This document shows, piece by piece, positions 11,188 through 35,138 of a stretch of 64,000 nt of DNA (positions within the stretch are counted from its first letter, which is position 1; the number at the start of each line of letters is the position of its first letter). The notes beneath the pieces were generated by a model. The model did no database searches. It was not told the DNA's origin and worked only from the letters and a program-made list of their open reading frames with translations. Origin of the DNA: Macrostomum hystrix (taxonomy: Eukaryota > Animalia > Platyhelminthes). A program made the position numbers and the translations under genes. Location: NCBI GenBank assembly GCA_950097015.1, contig CATNEN010000001.1, positions 11,408,001 to 11,472,000 of the forward strand. The letters are read 5' to 3'.

Positions 11188-11799
11188 CCCCTGAGGGAGC
11201 TTGGCAACCAAATTAACACTTAGGCTGCATGCATGAGACCAGAGACGAAAACGGGCATGGAAATTTACTCAATTAGAAGGACATGCCGATCCACATAAAT
11301 TCCACCAATATGCGAGTATTAATTGACCCTCCCCCAGTTAGAGCTTGTCTTGCATGGCAACCAATTCAACTGACACTGATTCGTGTGCACCTAGCGGGGC
11401 TGCAATCCCTGAATTCCATTGTCAAAAACTATCAGAAATAGTTGAGTTACTGACAAACTCCCCTCCTGGAGAGGGTGAGAAGTCACCAATATTATCAGAG
11501 CTTGTGATTCGCAGTGACTCACGGCTCCCCAGCAGCTCACGGGCAGCGGCACGAAGCCCGCAGTCGCCTCACGGTTAATGGAAGAAGCAGGTGATGCGGT
11601 CGGCTGAAAATGATGTTGAAAACAGGGAATGGAATTTGAAGGGGATAAGTTGTGAAGTGGATCAAGTGGATATTGAATCAACACAACATGGATTTAATGG
11701 ATTATAAAATGACAATAAAGTACTTTTATTCATAATTGACTCAACTGATTGAAATTAAAATATCGAAGATTAGCTGGAGGTGGGATCAATACAGAGCTT

Positions 11800-12012
11800 T
11801 CAGAAGCTTTCAGAAGTGCTCAAGCTTTCAGAAGTGCTCAAGCTTTCAGAAGTGCTCAAGCTTTCAGAAGTGCTCAAGCTGTCAGAAGTGCTCAAGCTGT
11901 CAGGAGTGCTTAAGCTGTCAGAAGTGCTCAAGCTGTCAGAAGTGCTCAAGCTGTCAGGAGTGCTCAAGCTGTCAGGAGTGCTCAAGCTGTCAGGAGTGCT
12001 CAAGCTGTCAGT
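11800..12012. repeat. 18-bp minisatellite (tcagaagtgctcaagctt/g)n
   Basis: Direct tandem periodicity. Confidence 0.93.
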
Positions 12013-13073
12013 GCTTAAAGAAGTTACGTTTGGCTTTTCTAAGAATTTGCAGCTCAGCCATGAGTTTTTAGAGCCAGTTGTGGGTGGGGCATTTTGAAGC
12101 CTTGGTCCTGCTGAGTACAGTTGCCCGAAGCAACCAGACAACATTTCAAACTAAGATATGCACTCTCTAACAGAGTACTCGAGAAGAGCTCAGCAGAGAA
12201 GATGCATCTGTACTCAGAGATGAAGCACTCCCCCTTCCTCCGGTGGGGTGATCTGAGAATGAGCATAAGAATGAGCACACCGCCTCCCGTACTTCAACCT
12301 CAGGTGAAAATTTCTCCGGTGAAAATAAGCAGAATTGAAGAAGTTGGAAATGCGGACAGCATAGCAACTCATAGCTTGAGCTGATTGTGCCAGGGTGGGC
12401 AGAGGTTGAGCGCCTTTGTTTGCGTCTCCGTCTCCCTCTGTCTCTCAGCAGCAACAATGTACACTGTCAAGATGGAGCGATCACAATGCAAGGAATCCAC
12501 CGGCTGCACAGCATTGTCGATGGAAAGAATCAGGCCTGGCCCTGCCTCCTCATTTATTGTAGCAGTTAGCAGACCTTCTTACAGGTATTATCTAAGCAAG
12601 AACATGATCAGCCGTGTGGAACAAAGCAACAGCTTTATGGTCCTGTTAATCTTCTCATCAAACTGGATTCCAGGATGCTGAGGGACTCAACCACAAACTG
12701 TCTTTATGGCTTGCAGATTTTCCTAGTAAATAATAAGTAGAATTTCAAAGCCATTATCATGAGATATTGAGCAGGCGTCTATTTTGTTAATCCAGGTGCT
12801 TTGGAATCAACTGAATAAATCAGGGTGATGAGCTGCCAAACAACTAATATTAATCAAGCATATGTTACAGTTCTCCCAGATAGTCTGACACTTCGCAGGC
12901 AAAGCACCACTCGATTCGATTCGCTAAGAATAATATTTACCTCGGTCTTGTTGCTTACTGTTCAATATCGGAGTGAGTGGCTTGTGCTCCGATATAATTT
13001 GAAACCATGGCAACCCTTCCAGGAACAAGCGACACCTGTGTGTGGACCAGACAATCGCAAGCAACTCAGGCTC

Positions 13074-13917
13074 AATCATGGCGTAGGTATTGATTTTGGA
13101 CTCGGTAGGAAGGATAGAACGAAGGAATCACTCGAGCAGAGAGGAAGAGCTTCCCAACCTGGAAAAAAGAGACAGGAACGAGAAAAAAGACAATAAGCTG
13201 CAGAAACTAGAGACCAGAGGTCAGCGACTGGGTCGCAGAGCACCCACCTGAAAAATTAGAAATAATTAAAAAATCATTACTGAATTCCATTGTGCTGCAT
13301 TCGTATAACGAATTGGGTCAAAAATGACAAGTTTGTTCGTGCAAGTTGTAAAACCTGCGAAATTAAATATTTGTATGTTTTTGAGATGAATATTGGCTTG
13401 ACTGCATATCTCGAAAGCAGCCTTTTACATTCTTCCGTCCGATTCTTGATGATCTTCTTTGCCCTGCTGTCAAAGCACAGAGAACTGCATCTGCACTTTT
13501 ATTCAAGTGAGTGTCATTCACAAACTGGTTCACTGTGATCATCTGGCTCACCAAAGCCTCAGGTAACTCCTACAGTTATATACTTGTAGTTAGCATTGTA
13601 TCCCAGAAAAAGGACTCAGGACAAACAGAAAACATGAAACTGATGGATCACATTCAACTGATAGGCAATAGAGAAAGTGGGGCCTAGTTTCCATGGTTAC
13701 CCGACCAAAACAAAATCTAATAGGTTTTTGATAAAGTACTTTTTATTCGAATTTCAAACCGCTAGGAAGTGGAGCTTCCAGTTCGTCATTTTTATAGAAA
13801 AAAGACTCACTCAGTAGAGCTTGGAAGATTGTGAGCACAGAAGCCAGAGCACATGAGACGATACGCAATTTTATCGTGAGCACAACTTTAACATTTACCA
13901 GTATATCTAAGCTTTGA
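13074..13917 (+). repeat. Segmental duplication copy B
   Basis: Matches 1-839 with scattered SNPs and small indels. Confidence 0.95.
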
Positions 13918-14228
13918 TCTTCCATTTTGCATTCCAATATGTTAGGAAACATAAGCCATGCAAAACCAACTCACACTCACTCAATGAGTCTAAATTAGAA
14001 GACAGAAAATAGGTGGAACAAACCAGTATTAATATCTGAGACTGGGTGCCAAATAGCAGCTTATAGCACAGCGAAATACTTGTAGAATGAAGAAAGTTTT
14101 ATAACTTGCAATTTAACATCTATTTATATGCTGGACGCTTGCCTGGCCTGATAGTAATAATCAACTGATAAACTGCGGAACAATGACCAACAATCAACAG
14201 GATGGGTGACAGGTCGAGGGAGAATAAG

Positions 14229-14970
14229 ATGGGAGAGAAAACGAGGGAGATGGGAGAGAAGACGAGGGAGATGGGAGAGAAGACGAGGGAGATGGGAGAG
14301 AAGACGAGGGAGATGGGAGAGAGGACGATGGAGATGGGAGAGAGGACGAGGGAAATGGGAGAGAAGACGAGGGAAATGGGAGAGAAGACGAGGGAAATGG
14401 GAGAGAAGACGAGGGAAATGGGAGAGAGGACGATGGAAATGGGAGAGAAGACGAGGGAAATGGGAGACAGGACGAGGGAAATGGGAGAGAAGACGAGGGA
14501 GACGGGAGAGAGGACGAGGGAGATGGTAGAGAGGACGAGGGAGATGGGAGAGAGGACGATGGAGATGGGAGAGAGGACGAGGTAGATGGGAGAGAGGACG
14601 AGGGAGATGGGAGAGAGGACGAAGAAGATGGGAGAGAGGACGAAGAAGATGGGAGAGAAGACGAGGGAAATGGGAGACAGGACGAGGGAAATGGGAGAGA
14701 AGACGAGGGAGACGGGAGAGAGGACGAGGGAGATGGTAGAGAGGACGAGGGAGATGGGAGAGAGGACGATGGAGATGGGAGAGAGGACGAGGTAGATGGG
14801 AGAGAGGACGAGGGAGATGGGAGAGAGGACGAAGAAGATGGGAGAGAGGACGAAGGAGATGGGAGAGAAGACGAGGGAAATGGGAGAGAAAACGAAGGAG
14901 ATGGGAGAGGACGAGGGAGATGGGAGAGAGGACGAGGGAGATGGGAGAGAGGACGAGGGAGATGGGAGAG
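14229..14970. repeat. 21-bp GA-rich minisatellite, with a 210-bp higher-order duplication
   Basis: Same unit as 838-1827; the variant 'aggtagatg' recurs 210 bp apart. Confidence 0.95.
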
Positions 14971-15399
14971 GGGACGAGTGGAGAGAAGAGATTTAAGAAA
15001 TGCAGAGGTAAGAAAAGTAGGAGAGCTGCTAGAAAATCAATCAACAATTAAGCAGAGGTCATAAAATTCTATGCACAATGAGCCAAAACAAGGAATTACT
15101 TATATTATTACACAGCAATCACTGAACACAAACAGTTTCTTCATCAAAGTACAAGATAAAAAGCCACAAGGATAGTGAATTACATATTAAAAATGAGCAG
15201 TAATTAGAAATCTTATAGTTTGAAATATTGGAAAGACGAAATGATAAGCTGAACACAAGCACAACACGGCATGCACAGAGAGACGGCACAGTTTAGGTGA
15301 CAACAAAATTAATGAAATTGAAATAAGTTTAAGCATTAACAAAACAGATAAAAAGCAGACAGATGAATTCGTCAATCCTGACTGCTGTTTGACTTTAGA

Positions 15400-27390
<11,991 letters not shown>

Positions 27391-27669
27391 GACTGGCTGT
27401 TTTGTTTAACTGTTTCTAATAAATGAGCAGTCAGTCTAATGGAATCAGATTTGGCTGGCTTAGTGAGGCCGAGTGCTAATTATAAGCGACAGCTTCTGCG
27501 AACAATTCGATTTAGGCTGAAACAAATTATTATGAACAATAGTTAGAGCGCCTTCAATTTTTATAATAATACCTAATCAGGAGTGCTCTATCACCAGCCC
27601 GCTAACCAGATACGGCCATAGAGCTTTTGAATTCGGATTCCTTGCCACTCCTACTCACTCCTATATTAT

Positions 27670-28552
27670 TTCTCTTGTCTCTCTTGTCTCATCTCTCTTG
27701 TGTCTCATCTCTCCTGCGTCTTATCTTTCCAGTTTCTTATCTCTCCCGTGACCCATCTCTCCTGGGTCTCATCTCTCCCGTGACCCATCTCTCCCGTGAC
27801 CCATCTCTCCTGCGTCTCATCTCTCCCGTGACTCATCTCTCCCGTTTCTCATCTCTCCCGTTTCTCATCTCTCCCGTTTCTCATCTCTCCTGTGTCTCAT
27901 CTGTCCTGTGTCTCATCTCTCCCCGTGACTCATCTCTCCCCGTGACTCATCTCTCCCGTGTCTCATCTCTCCTGTGTCTCATCTCTCCTGTGTCTCATCT
28001 GTCCTGTGTCTTATCTCTCCTGTGTCTCATCTGTCCTGTGTCTTATCTCTCCTGTGTCTCATCTCTCCTGTGTCTCATCTCTCCTGTGTCTCATCTGTCC
28101 TGCGTCTTATCTCTCCTGTGTCTCATCTGTCCTGCGTCTTATCTCTCCTGTGTCTTATCTCCCCCCGTGACTCATCTCTCCCGTGTCTCATCTCTCCTGT
28201 GTCTCATCTCTCCTGTGTCTCATCTGTCCTGTGTCTCATCTCTCCTGTGTCTCATCTCTCCTGTGTCTCATCTCTCCTGTGTCTCATCTGTCCTGTGTCT
28301 TATATCTCCTGTGTCTCATCTCTCCATTGACTCATCTCTCCTGTGTCTCATCTCTCCTGTGCCTCATCTGTCCTGTGTCTTATATCTCCTGTGTCTCATC
28401 TCTCCATTGACTCATCTCTCCCGTGTCTCATCTCTCCTGTGTCTGTCCTGTGTCTTATATCCCCTGTGTCTCATCTCTCCATTGACTCATCTCTCCCGTT
28501 TCTCATCTCTCCTGCGTCTTATCTCTCCCGTGTCTTATCTCCCCCGTGTCTC
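27670..28552. repeat. 16-bp CT-rich minisatellite (cctgtgtctcatctct)n
   Basis: Direct tandem periodicity; reverse complement of the family at 32923-34387. Confidence 0.93.
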
Positions 28553-28821
28553 AACACAAACTTTGCCTTCCAAGACACGTCTTGCAATCGATGAAGACGC
28601 TAGTGATGTAGCACTATAAAATTGGATCATCTGAGTCTGAAGACACGGGGGATTTTATGAAAAGAGTCAACGCAAGAAATGATACTTCAGTATTTAATAC
28701 AATAAGGTAATTTATTTAAATATAATGCCTAATTAGAGGATTTACAAAGCACGAGATCAGTCAACAATGTAAAAATTACCTAACACAGTTAAAGTGGGTT
28801 AACAGGAGTTATCTCTTTGAA

Positions 28822-29034
28822 AATGGGTCATTGTGGGGAGGAATGGGTCATTGTGGGGAGGAATGGGTCATTGTGGGGAGGAATGGGTCATTGTGGGAGG
28901 AATGGGTCATTGTGGGAGGAATGGGTCATTGTGGGGAGTAATGGGTCGGTGTGGGGAGGAATGGGTCGTTGTGGGAAGGAATGGGTCATTGTGGGAAGGA
29001 ATGGGTCATTGTGGGAGGGTATGGGTCATTGTGG
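28822..29034. repeat. 19-20-bp minisatellite (aatgggtcattgtggggagg)n
   Basis: Direct tandem periodicity. Confidence 0.93.
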
Positions 29035-29170
29035 TCAATTTGGTGAAATTGGTTAACGGGAGAATGGGTGACAGGAGGTAATACAAGCCTAGAATTACAG
29101 ATTAATTAAAATGCAACGGTCATTCCGAATAGGTCATGGAGAAATGACAGCTAATCCAGCTGTACACCCA

Positions 29171-32100
29171 TCAGCCTTTAGTTGCAGCATCAGCATCAGC
29201 AGCATCAGCAGCAGCAACATAAGCAGCATCAGCAGCAGCATCAGCAGCAGCAGCATCAGCAGCAGCATCAGCATCAGCAGCATCAGCAGCAGCATCAGCA
29301 TCAGCAGCATCAGCAGCAGCATCAGCAGCAGCATCAGCAGCATCAGCAGCAGCAGCATCAGCAGCAGCATCAGCATCAGCAGCATCAGCAGCAGCATCAG
29401 CATCAGCAGCATCAGCAGCAGCATCAGCAGCATCAGCAGCATCAGCAGCAGCATCAGCATCAGCAGCATCAGCAGCAGCATCAGCATCAGCAGCATCAGC
29501 ATCAGCAGCAGCAGCATCAGCATCAGCAGCAGCATCAGCAGCATCAGCAGCAGCAGCATCAGCAGCAGCATCAGCATCAGCAGCAGCATCAGCATCAGCA
29601 GCATCAGCAGCAGCATCAGCAGCAGCAGCATCAGCAGCAGCATCAGCATCAGCAGCATCAGCAGCAGCATCAGCAGCAGCATCAGCATCAGCAGCATCAG
29701 CAGCAGTTACACCGGCCTCTCTAGCAGCCTTCCTGCGCAAGCCAGCCAATCTCTTGGAGTGCCTCCTACTAGCCATATGCAATCGATACTGTTCAGACAG
29801 ATTGAATATCAAATTGCAGGTTTCGCATCGCAGCGGTGTGCTATCATCAATCAGATTGTTAGATCTCGGATTATTAAGCAGCCGAGCCGGATGCTCATTC
29901 AAAAGCTGTCTCAACCTGTTAGCTTCTTCAACATCATCCAGCTGTTGCAGGTTCAACAGAGTCTGAACAATTTCAAAGGCCGGCTGACGAACTGCGGCAT
30001 TCCAGTCGGCATCTGCCAGACTGTTGGCACTCAACCGATACACCGGTGCATAGTTGCTGTCCGAGTGTCTCAGAAACCGATTGCGCAAACATTTGTTCTG
30101 CTGAATAGCGTACTTTTTAGTACGTCGCTTCATCAGATCAACGCCAGAGTTGAATGCGGCCTGACCAACCGGCTGACGGCGCTGCTCAGGCGACAATGTC
30201 AAGTAGGCATGAAATTCTTTGAAGCCGATACTCTGAAAGATGCCTCTAGTATAGTCTGGTCTATCCTGCTGGATTCTGGTAGCATTGTAGTCTGCGTGAA
30301 ACTGCTCCAGTTCTTGCAGTAAGCCCGCAGCTAGCATCTTGTCAACCCGATGGTCTAGGCGTTGATCAAGAAGCTCTCGACGACAGGACAGCCACAGGAT
30401 GGCTAGCCGGCTGGGTGGATAGCGCAGAGGACCGGAGAATTGATCGCCACGCTTTTGGAGATTGATAATGGGAACAATAGAGTTAATAGTGCCTTAACGG
30501 GAGCACGAGAATTTCCCGCGGGTATTTTTCCCGCAGGGAAAATCCCGCAGAAAATCTCGGCGGGAAAAATACCTGCGGGAAATTCTCATAGACCCGCCTT
30601 AACTAATACGCTCGTAATAACCTAATCTAAATTTCATCCGATCCTGATCAAATCTCACCCTATCAGTATCAAATAGCACTTTATAAGGATTAAATCTCAC
30701 CCTATCAGGATCAAATCTCACCCTCTAAGGATCAAATCTCACCCTATCAGGATCAAATCTCACCCTCTAAGGATCAAATCTCACCCTATCAGGATCAAAT
30801 CTCACCCTCTAAGGATCAAATCTCACCCTATCAGGATCAAATCTCACCCTATCAGGATCAAATCTCACCCTATCAGGATCAAATCTCACACTATAAGGAT
30901 CAAATCTCACACTATCAGAATCCAATCCCACCCTAATCCCTCAAACGCAACAAGCAATCCGCACCTGATGCTGACGTCGCAGCATTTCGGTGTAGGCCCC
31001 ACTGCCGTGGCGCAGATTAATCTGCAAAGCGCGACAAACTTTTCGCCAGTCGTTTGGATGCAGCCGATTGGCGGCGGCCGGATCCAGCGAGCGAAGCCGA
31101 CTGTGCAGCGCTGCAACTTCCTCGGCTGTTGGCTGGCTGAGCATCTGACTGTGGGAGATTGGTGCGGAATCGGTAGATTGATAGATCATGAGATTCAATT
31201 AGGATAATGTGAGATTCAATCAGGATGGGGTGAGATTCAGTCAGGATGGGGTGAGATTTAGTCAGGATGGGGTGAGATTCAGTCAGGATGTGGTTAGATT
31301 CACCCAGGATGGGGTGAGATTCAATCAGGATGGGGTGAGATTAAGTCAGGATGGGGTGAGATTCAATCAGGATGTGGTGAGATTCAGTCAGGATGGGGTG
31401 AGATTCAGTCAGGATGGGGTGAGATTCAATCAGGATGTGGTGAGATTCAGTCAGGATGGGGTGAGATTCAGTCAGGATGGGGTGAGATTCACCCAGGATG
31501 GGGTGAGATTCAATCAGGATGGGGTGAGATTCAATCAGGATGTGGTGAGATTCAGTCAGGATGTGGTGAGATGCAATCAGACACGCAGCTCACCCCACAT
31601 CAGCTTCACTATCCGAGAAAGCCAGCTCGTCATCGGCACTGTCATCCAGGTCATCCTCAGCCGCCTTGTCAGCCAGCAGGATGTCCCACAACAGGGACTC
31701 GATGTAATAGCAGGTGCCGCCGCAGACTATCGGCAGTCGGCCCTCGCTGATGAGTCGGTCAAGCAGCGGCTGGGCTAGCTGTCTGTAGGCTCCAATTGTG
31801 CTGTCTGTATTTAGCGGTGACAGGCAGCCAATGAGGTGATGCGGAGCTTGGGATAATTCTGCAGGAGTCACCTGTTTAAAACATGTTCTGGGGATTCTGT
31901 CAATTTTGTATGGAAAAATTTAAGGTGAAATAAAAAATTCATTAGGATATTTTTCAGGATTGGGATAACAATGGGAATCATGATTGGGATAACTATGGGA
32001 AACACGATTGGGATATCTATGGGAATCTTGATTGGGATAGCTATGGGAATCATGATTGGGATAGCTATGGGAATCATGATTGGGATAGCTATGGGAATCA

Positions 32101-32631
32101 TGATTGGGATAGCTATGGGAATCATGATTGGGATAACTATGGGAATCATGATTGGAATAACTATGGGAATCATGATTGGAATAACTATGGAAATCATGAT
32201 TGGGATAATTATGGGGAATCTTGATTAGGATAACTATATGAACCACGATTGGGATAGCAATGGGAATAACGAATGGGATAACTATGGGAATCATTTTTGG
32301 GATAAATATGGGAATGACGAATGGGATAAATATGGGAATGATGATTGGGATAACAATGGGAATGATGATTGGGATAAATATGGGAATGATGATTGGGATA
32401 ACTATGGGAATAATGAGTGGGATATATGGATATATCGCTCACCTTATTAGTGACAATGTCCAGTCCAGCATAGAGCTGCATGGAGTCGGCATTCAGCACT
32501 TCGCCATTGAATCTCGCGGCCAGCTCGATAGCCAGCTGAGATTTGCCAACTCCGGTAGGTCCAGCAACGACGATAATCGGAGGCCCCACAAGCTGCGGGA
32601 AACGACAATCATGTTTGACTCCAGCCGACAT
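29171..32631 (-). CDS. TRIT1: tRNA dimethylallyltransferase (isopentenyltransferase, TRIT1/Mod5/GRO-1); exons 32631-32443, 31871-31594, 31148-30965, 30451-29171
   Basis: P-loop [82 protein letters not shown], and a C-terminal matrin-type zinc finger CETC...H...RRH. Splice phases are consistent. The extreme C-terminus (Ala/Asp tail) is uncertain. Confidence 0.93.
29184..29706. repeat. Compound (CAG)/(CAGCAT) microsatellite at the 3' end of TRIT1
   Basis: Almost pure cag/cat triplets over ~520 bp. Confidence 0.95.
30498..30596. mobile_element. 99-bp MITE-like element with a 6-bp target-site duplication (CCTTAA) in TRIT1 intron 3
   Basis: ccttaa|cggg...cccg|ccttaa. Internal 28-bp inverted arms gagaatttcccgcgggtatttttcccgc / gcgggaaaaatacctgcgggaaattctc differ by 1 mismatch. 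Confidence 0.75.
30641..30920. repeat. 21-bp minisatellite (atcaggatcaaatctcaccct)n in TRIT1 intron 3
   Basis: Direct tandem periodicity. Confidence 0.93.
31188..31580. repeat. 21-bp minisatellite (ggggtgagattcaatcaggat)n in TRIT1 intron 2
   Basis: Direct tandem periodicity; inverted relative of the intron 3 array. Confidence 0.93.
31958..32425. repeat. 24-bp minisatellite (gattgggatagctatgggaatcat)n in TRIT1 intron 1
   Basis: Direct tandem periodicity. Confidence 0.92.
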
Positions 32632-32922
32632 AATCGATGCAGTTTTGTTAATTAGTTTTGGTGCACACGGATTCGAAAACCAAAATTGTCGCAGCGCATT
32701 GGCAAAGCGACGTAAAGTTGATTGGCTGCTGCCTGTTATCTTGAGGCTAGATAAACTCAGTTGATGCCTCGGCTCATAATAAACTGAAATTGTGATGCAT
32801 TTCACTCATAAATTACTATTCATTCATATGCACTACTTCACTACTTATAGTAGAGTGCAAAAATAACATAATTAGTACTTTTTACTACTTAATTATTAAG
32901 TAATAGGAACGTCATAGGAACG

Positions 32923-34387
32923 ATGAGACAGCGGAGAGATCAGACATGGAAGGGATGAGTCAGGGAAGAGATGAGACACGGGATAAATGAGACAGGGAAG
33001 AGATGACACACGGGATAAATGAGACAGGGAAGAGATGACACACGGGATAAATGAGACAGGGAAGAGATGAGAAACGGGATAAATGAGACAGGGAAGAGAT
33101 GAGACAGGGAAGAGATGAGACAGGGAAGGGATGAGACATGGAAGAGATGAGACATGGAAGGGATGAGACACGGGAGAGATGAGTCAGGGAAGAGAGGAGA
33201 CACGGGATAAATGAGACAGGGAAGAGATGAGACACGGGATAAATGAGACAGGGAAGAGATGAGACACGGGATAAATGAGGCAGGGAAGAGATGAGACACG
33301 GGAGAGATGAGTCAGGGAAGAGATGAGACACGGGATAAATGAGACAGGGAAGAGATGAGACACGGGATAAATGAGACAGGGAAGAGATGAGACACGGGAT
33401 AAATGAGACAGGGAAGAGATGAGACACGGGATAAATGAGACAGGGAAAAGATGAGACACGGGATAAATGAGACAGGGAAGAGATGACACACGGGATAAAT
33501 GAGACAGGGAAGAGATGAGACACGGGATAAATGAGACAGGGAAGAGATGAGACAGGGAAGAGATGAGACAGGGAAGGGATGAGACATGGAAGAGATGAGA
33601 CATGGAAGGGATGAGACACGGGAGAGATGAGTCAGGGAAGAGAGGAGACACGGGATAAATGAGACAGGGAAGAGATGAGACACGGGATAAATGAGACAGG
33701 GAAGAGATGAGACACGGGATAAATGAGGCAGGGAAGAGATGAGACACGGGAGAGATGAGTCAGGGAAGAGATGAGACACGGGATAAATGAGACAGGGAAG
33801 AGATGAGACACGGGATAAATGAGACAGGGAAGAGATGAGACACGGGATAAATGAGACAGGGAAGAGATGAGACACGGGATAAATGAGACAGGGAAAAGAT
33901 GAGACACGGGATAAATGAGACAGGGAAGAGATGAGACACGGGATAAATGAGACAGGGAAGAGATGACACACGGGATAAATGAGACAGGGAAGAGATGAGA
34001 CACGGGATAAATGAGACAGGGAAGAGATGAGACACGGGATAAATGAGACAGGGAAGAGATGAGACACGGGATAAAGGAGACAGGGAAGAGATGAGACACG
34101 GGATAAATGAGACAGGGAAGAGATGAGACACGGGATAAATGAGACAGGGAAGAGATGAGACACGGGATAAATGAGACAGGGAAGAGATGAGACACGGGAT
34201 AAATGAGACAGGGAAGAGATGAGACACGGGATAAATGAGACAGGGAAGAGATGAGACACGGGATAAATGAGACAGGGAAGAGATGAGACACGGGATAAAG
34301 GAGACAGGGAAGAGATGAGACACGCAGGAGGTGAGACACGCGAGAGATGAGACAGGAGAGATGAGACAGGAGAGGTGAGACGGGGGG
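32923..34387. repeat. 16/32-bp GA-rich minisatellite (gagacacgggataaat gagacagggaagagat)n with a 448-bp higher-order repeat
   Basis: Direct tandem periodicity; variant blocks recur at a 448-bp offset. Confidence 0.95.
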
Positions 34388-35138
34388 AATGTGCTATCTA
34401 ACCTAAGTGGCTTGACCTTAAGACAACGAACATAAAGCGAACAAATAAACAAGTCAACAACGAACACATAAGGACAGAATGCAAACAGGAACACAAACGC
34501 TCATATATTTAGACAGAAGAGCAGACAAAATTATATTCTAAAAGAACAAACCCTAGTCTCTGAGTCTATTCTCAAGCCCAAACAAATGACAGGTATTGTG
34601 GACTGCTCAATACAAGTTTTCTCAATGTTCCAAAGCAAACTGCTTTGATTTTTTAACAGAATGGAAAAATGTGACAATTACAGAGACACAGGAGCAGTAG
34701 TTGCAAATGTAAAAAAACACATTCCTTATTGTCATTATTGATATTGATAATATAGAAGTGCCGATAAGAAGCAAGCTGTACAGAAGTTTATAAATAAAAT
34801 CAGTGAGTAGAAAAGATGTTGTCAGTAAATGACATCGTAGTACCCATTTTTTGCTAGTGTAAGCTTTAGGTATTATTAACTGCAACTAGTTCCTGAAACA
34901 ATACAAGTCAAACACGCAAACAAATAAGTTTCATTCTCGTTCTATTTTATAAAAATTTTCCTCTGAAAAAGGCGCCGTTCATTATAAAAACAAAACAGAT
35001 CTTAAAGTGCATGTCTAGGTAAAACTCTAAAATAATAACAAATTGATGGTTGATACAACACTGAATAATTCAGTCCTAATAACATGGAAATAATTTGCGA
35101 ATCTATCTACTGTTAGTAACACAATTAGTTGGACATTC

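Noticed and set aside
11220-13073. Several short ORFs upstream of the cGLR gene
   Set aside because: No recognisable domain or consistent exon chain; a non-coding exon or TE remnant cannot be excluded without a search.
29111-30322. Plus-strand Ser/Ile-rich and Gln/His-rich ORFs
   Set aside because: Antisense readings of the TRIT1 last exon and its microsatellite.
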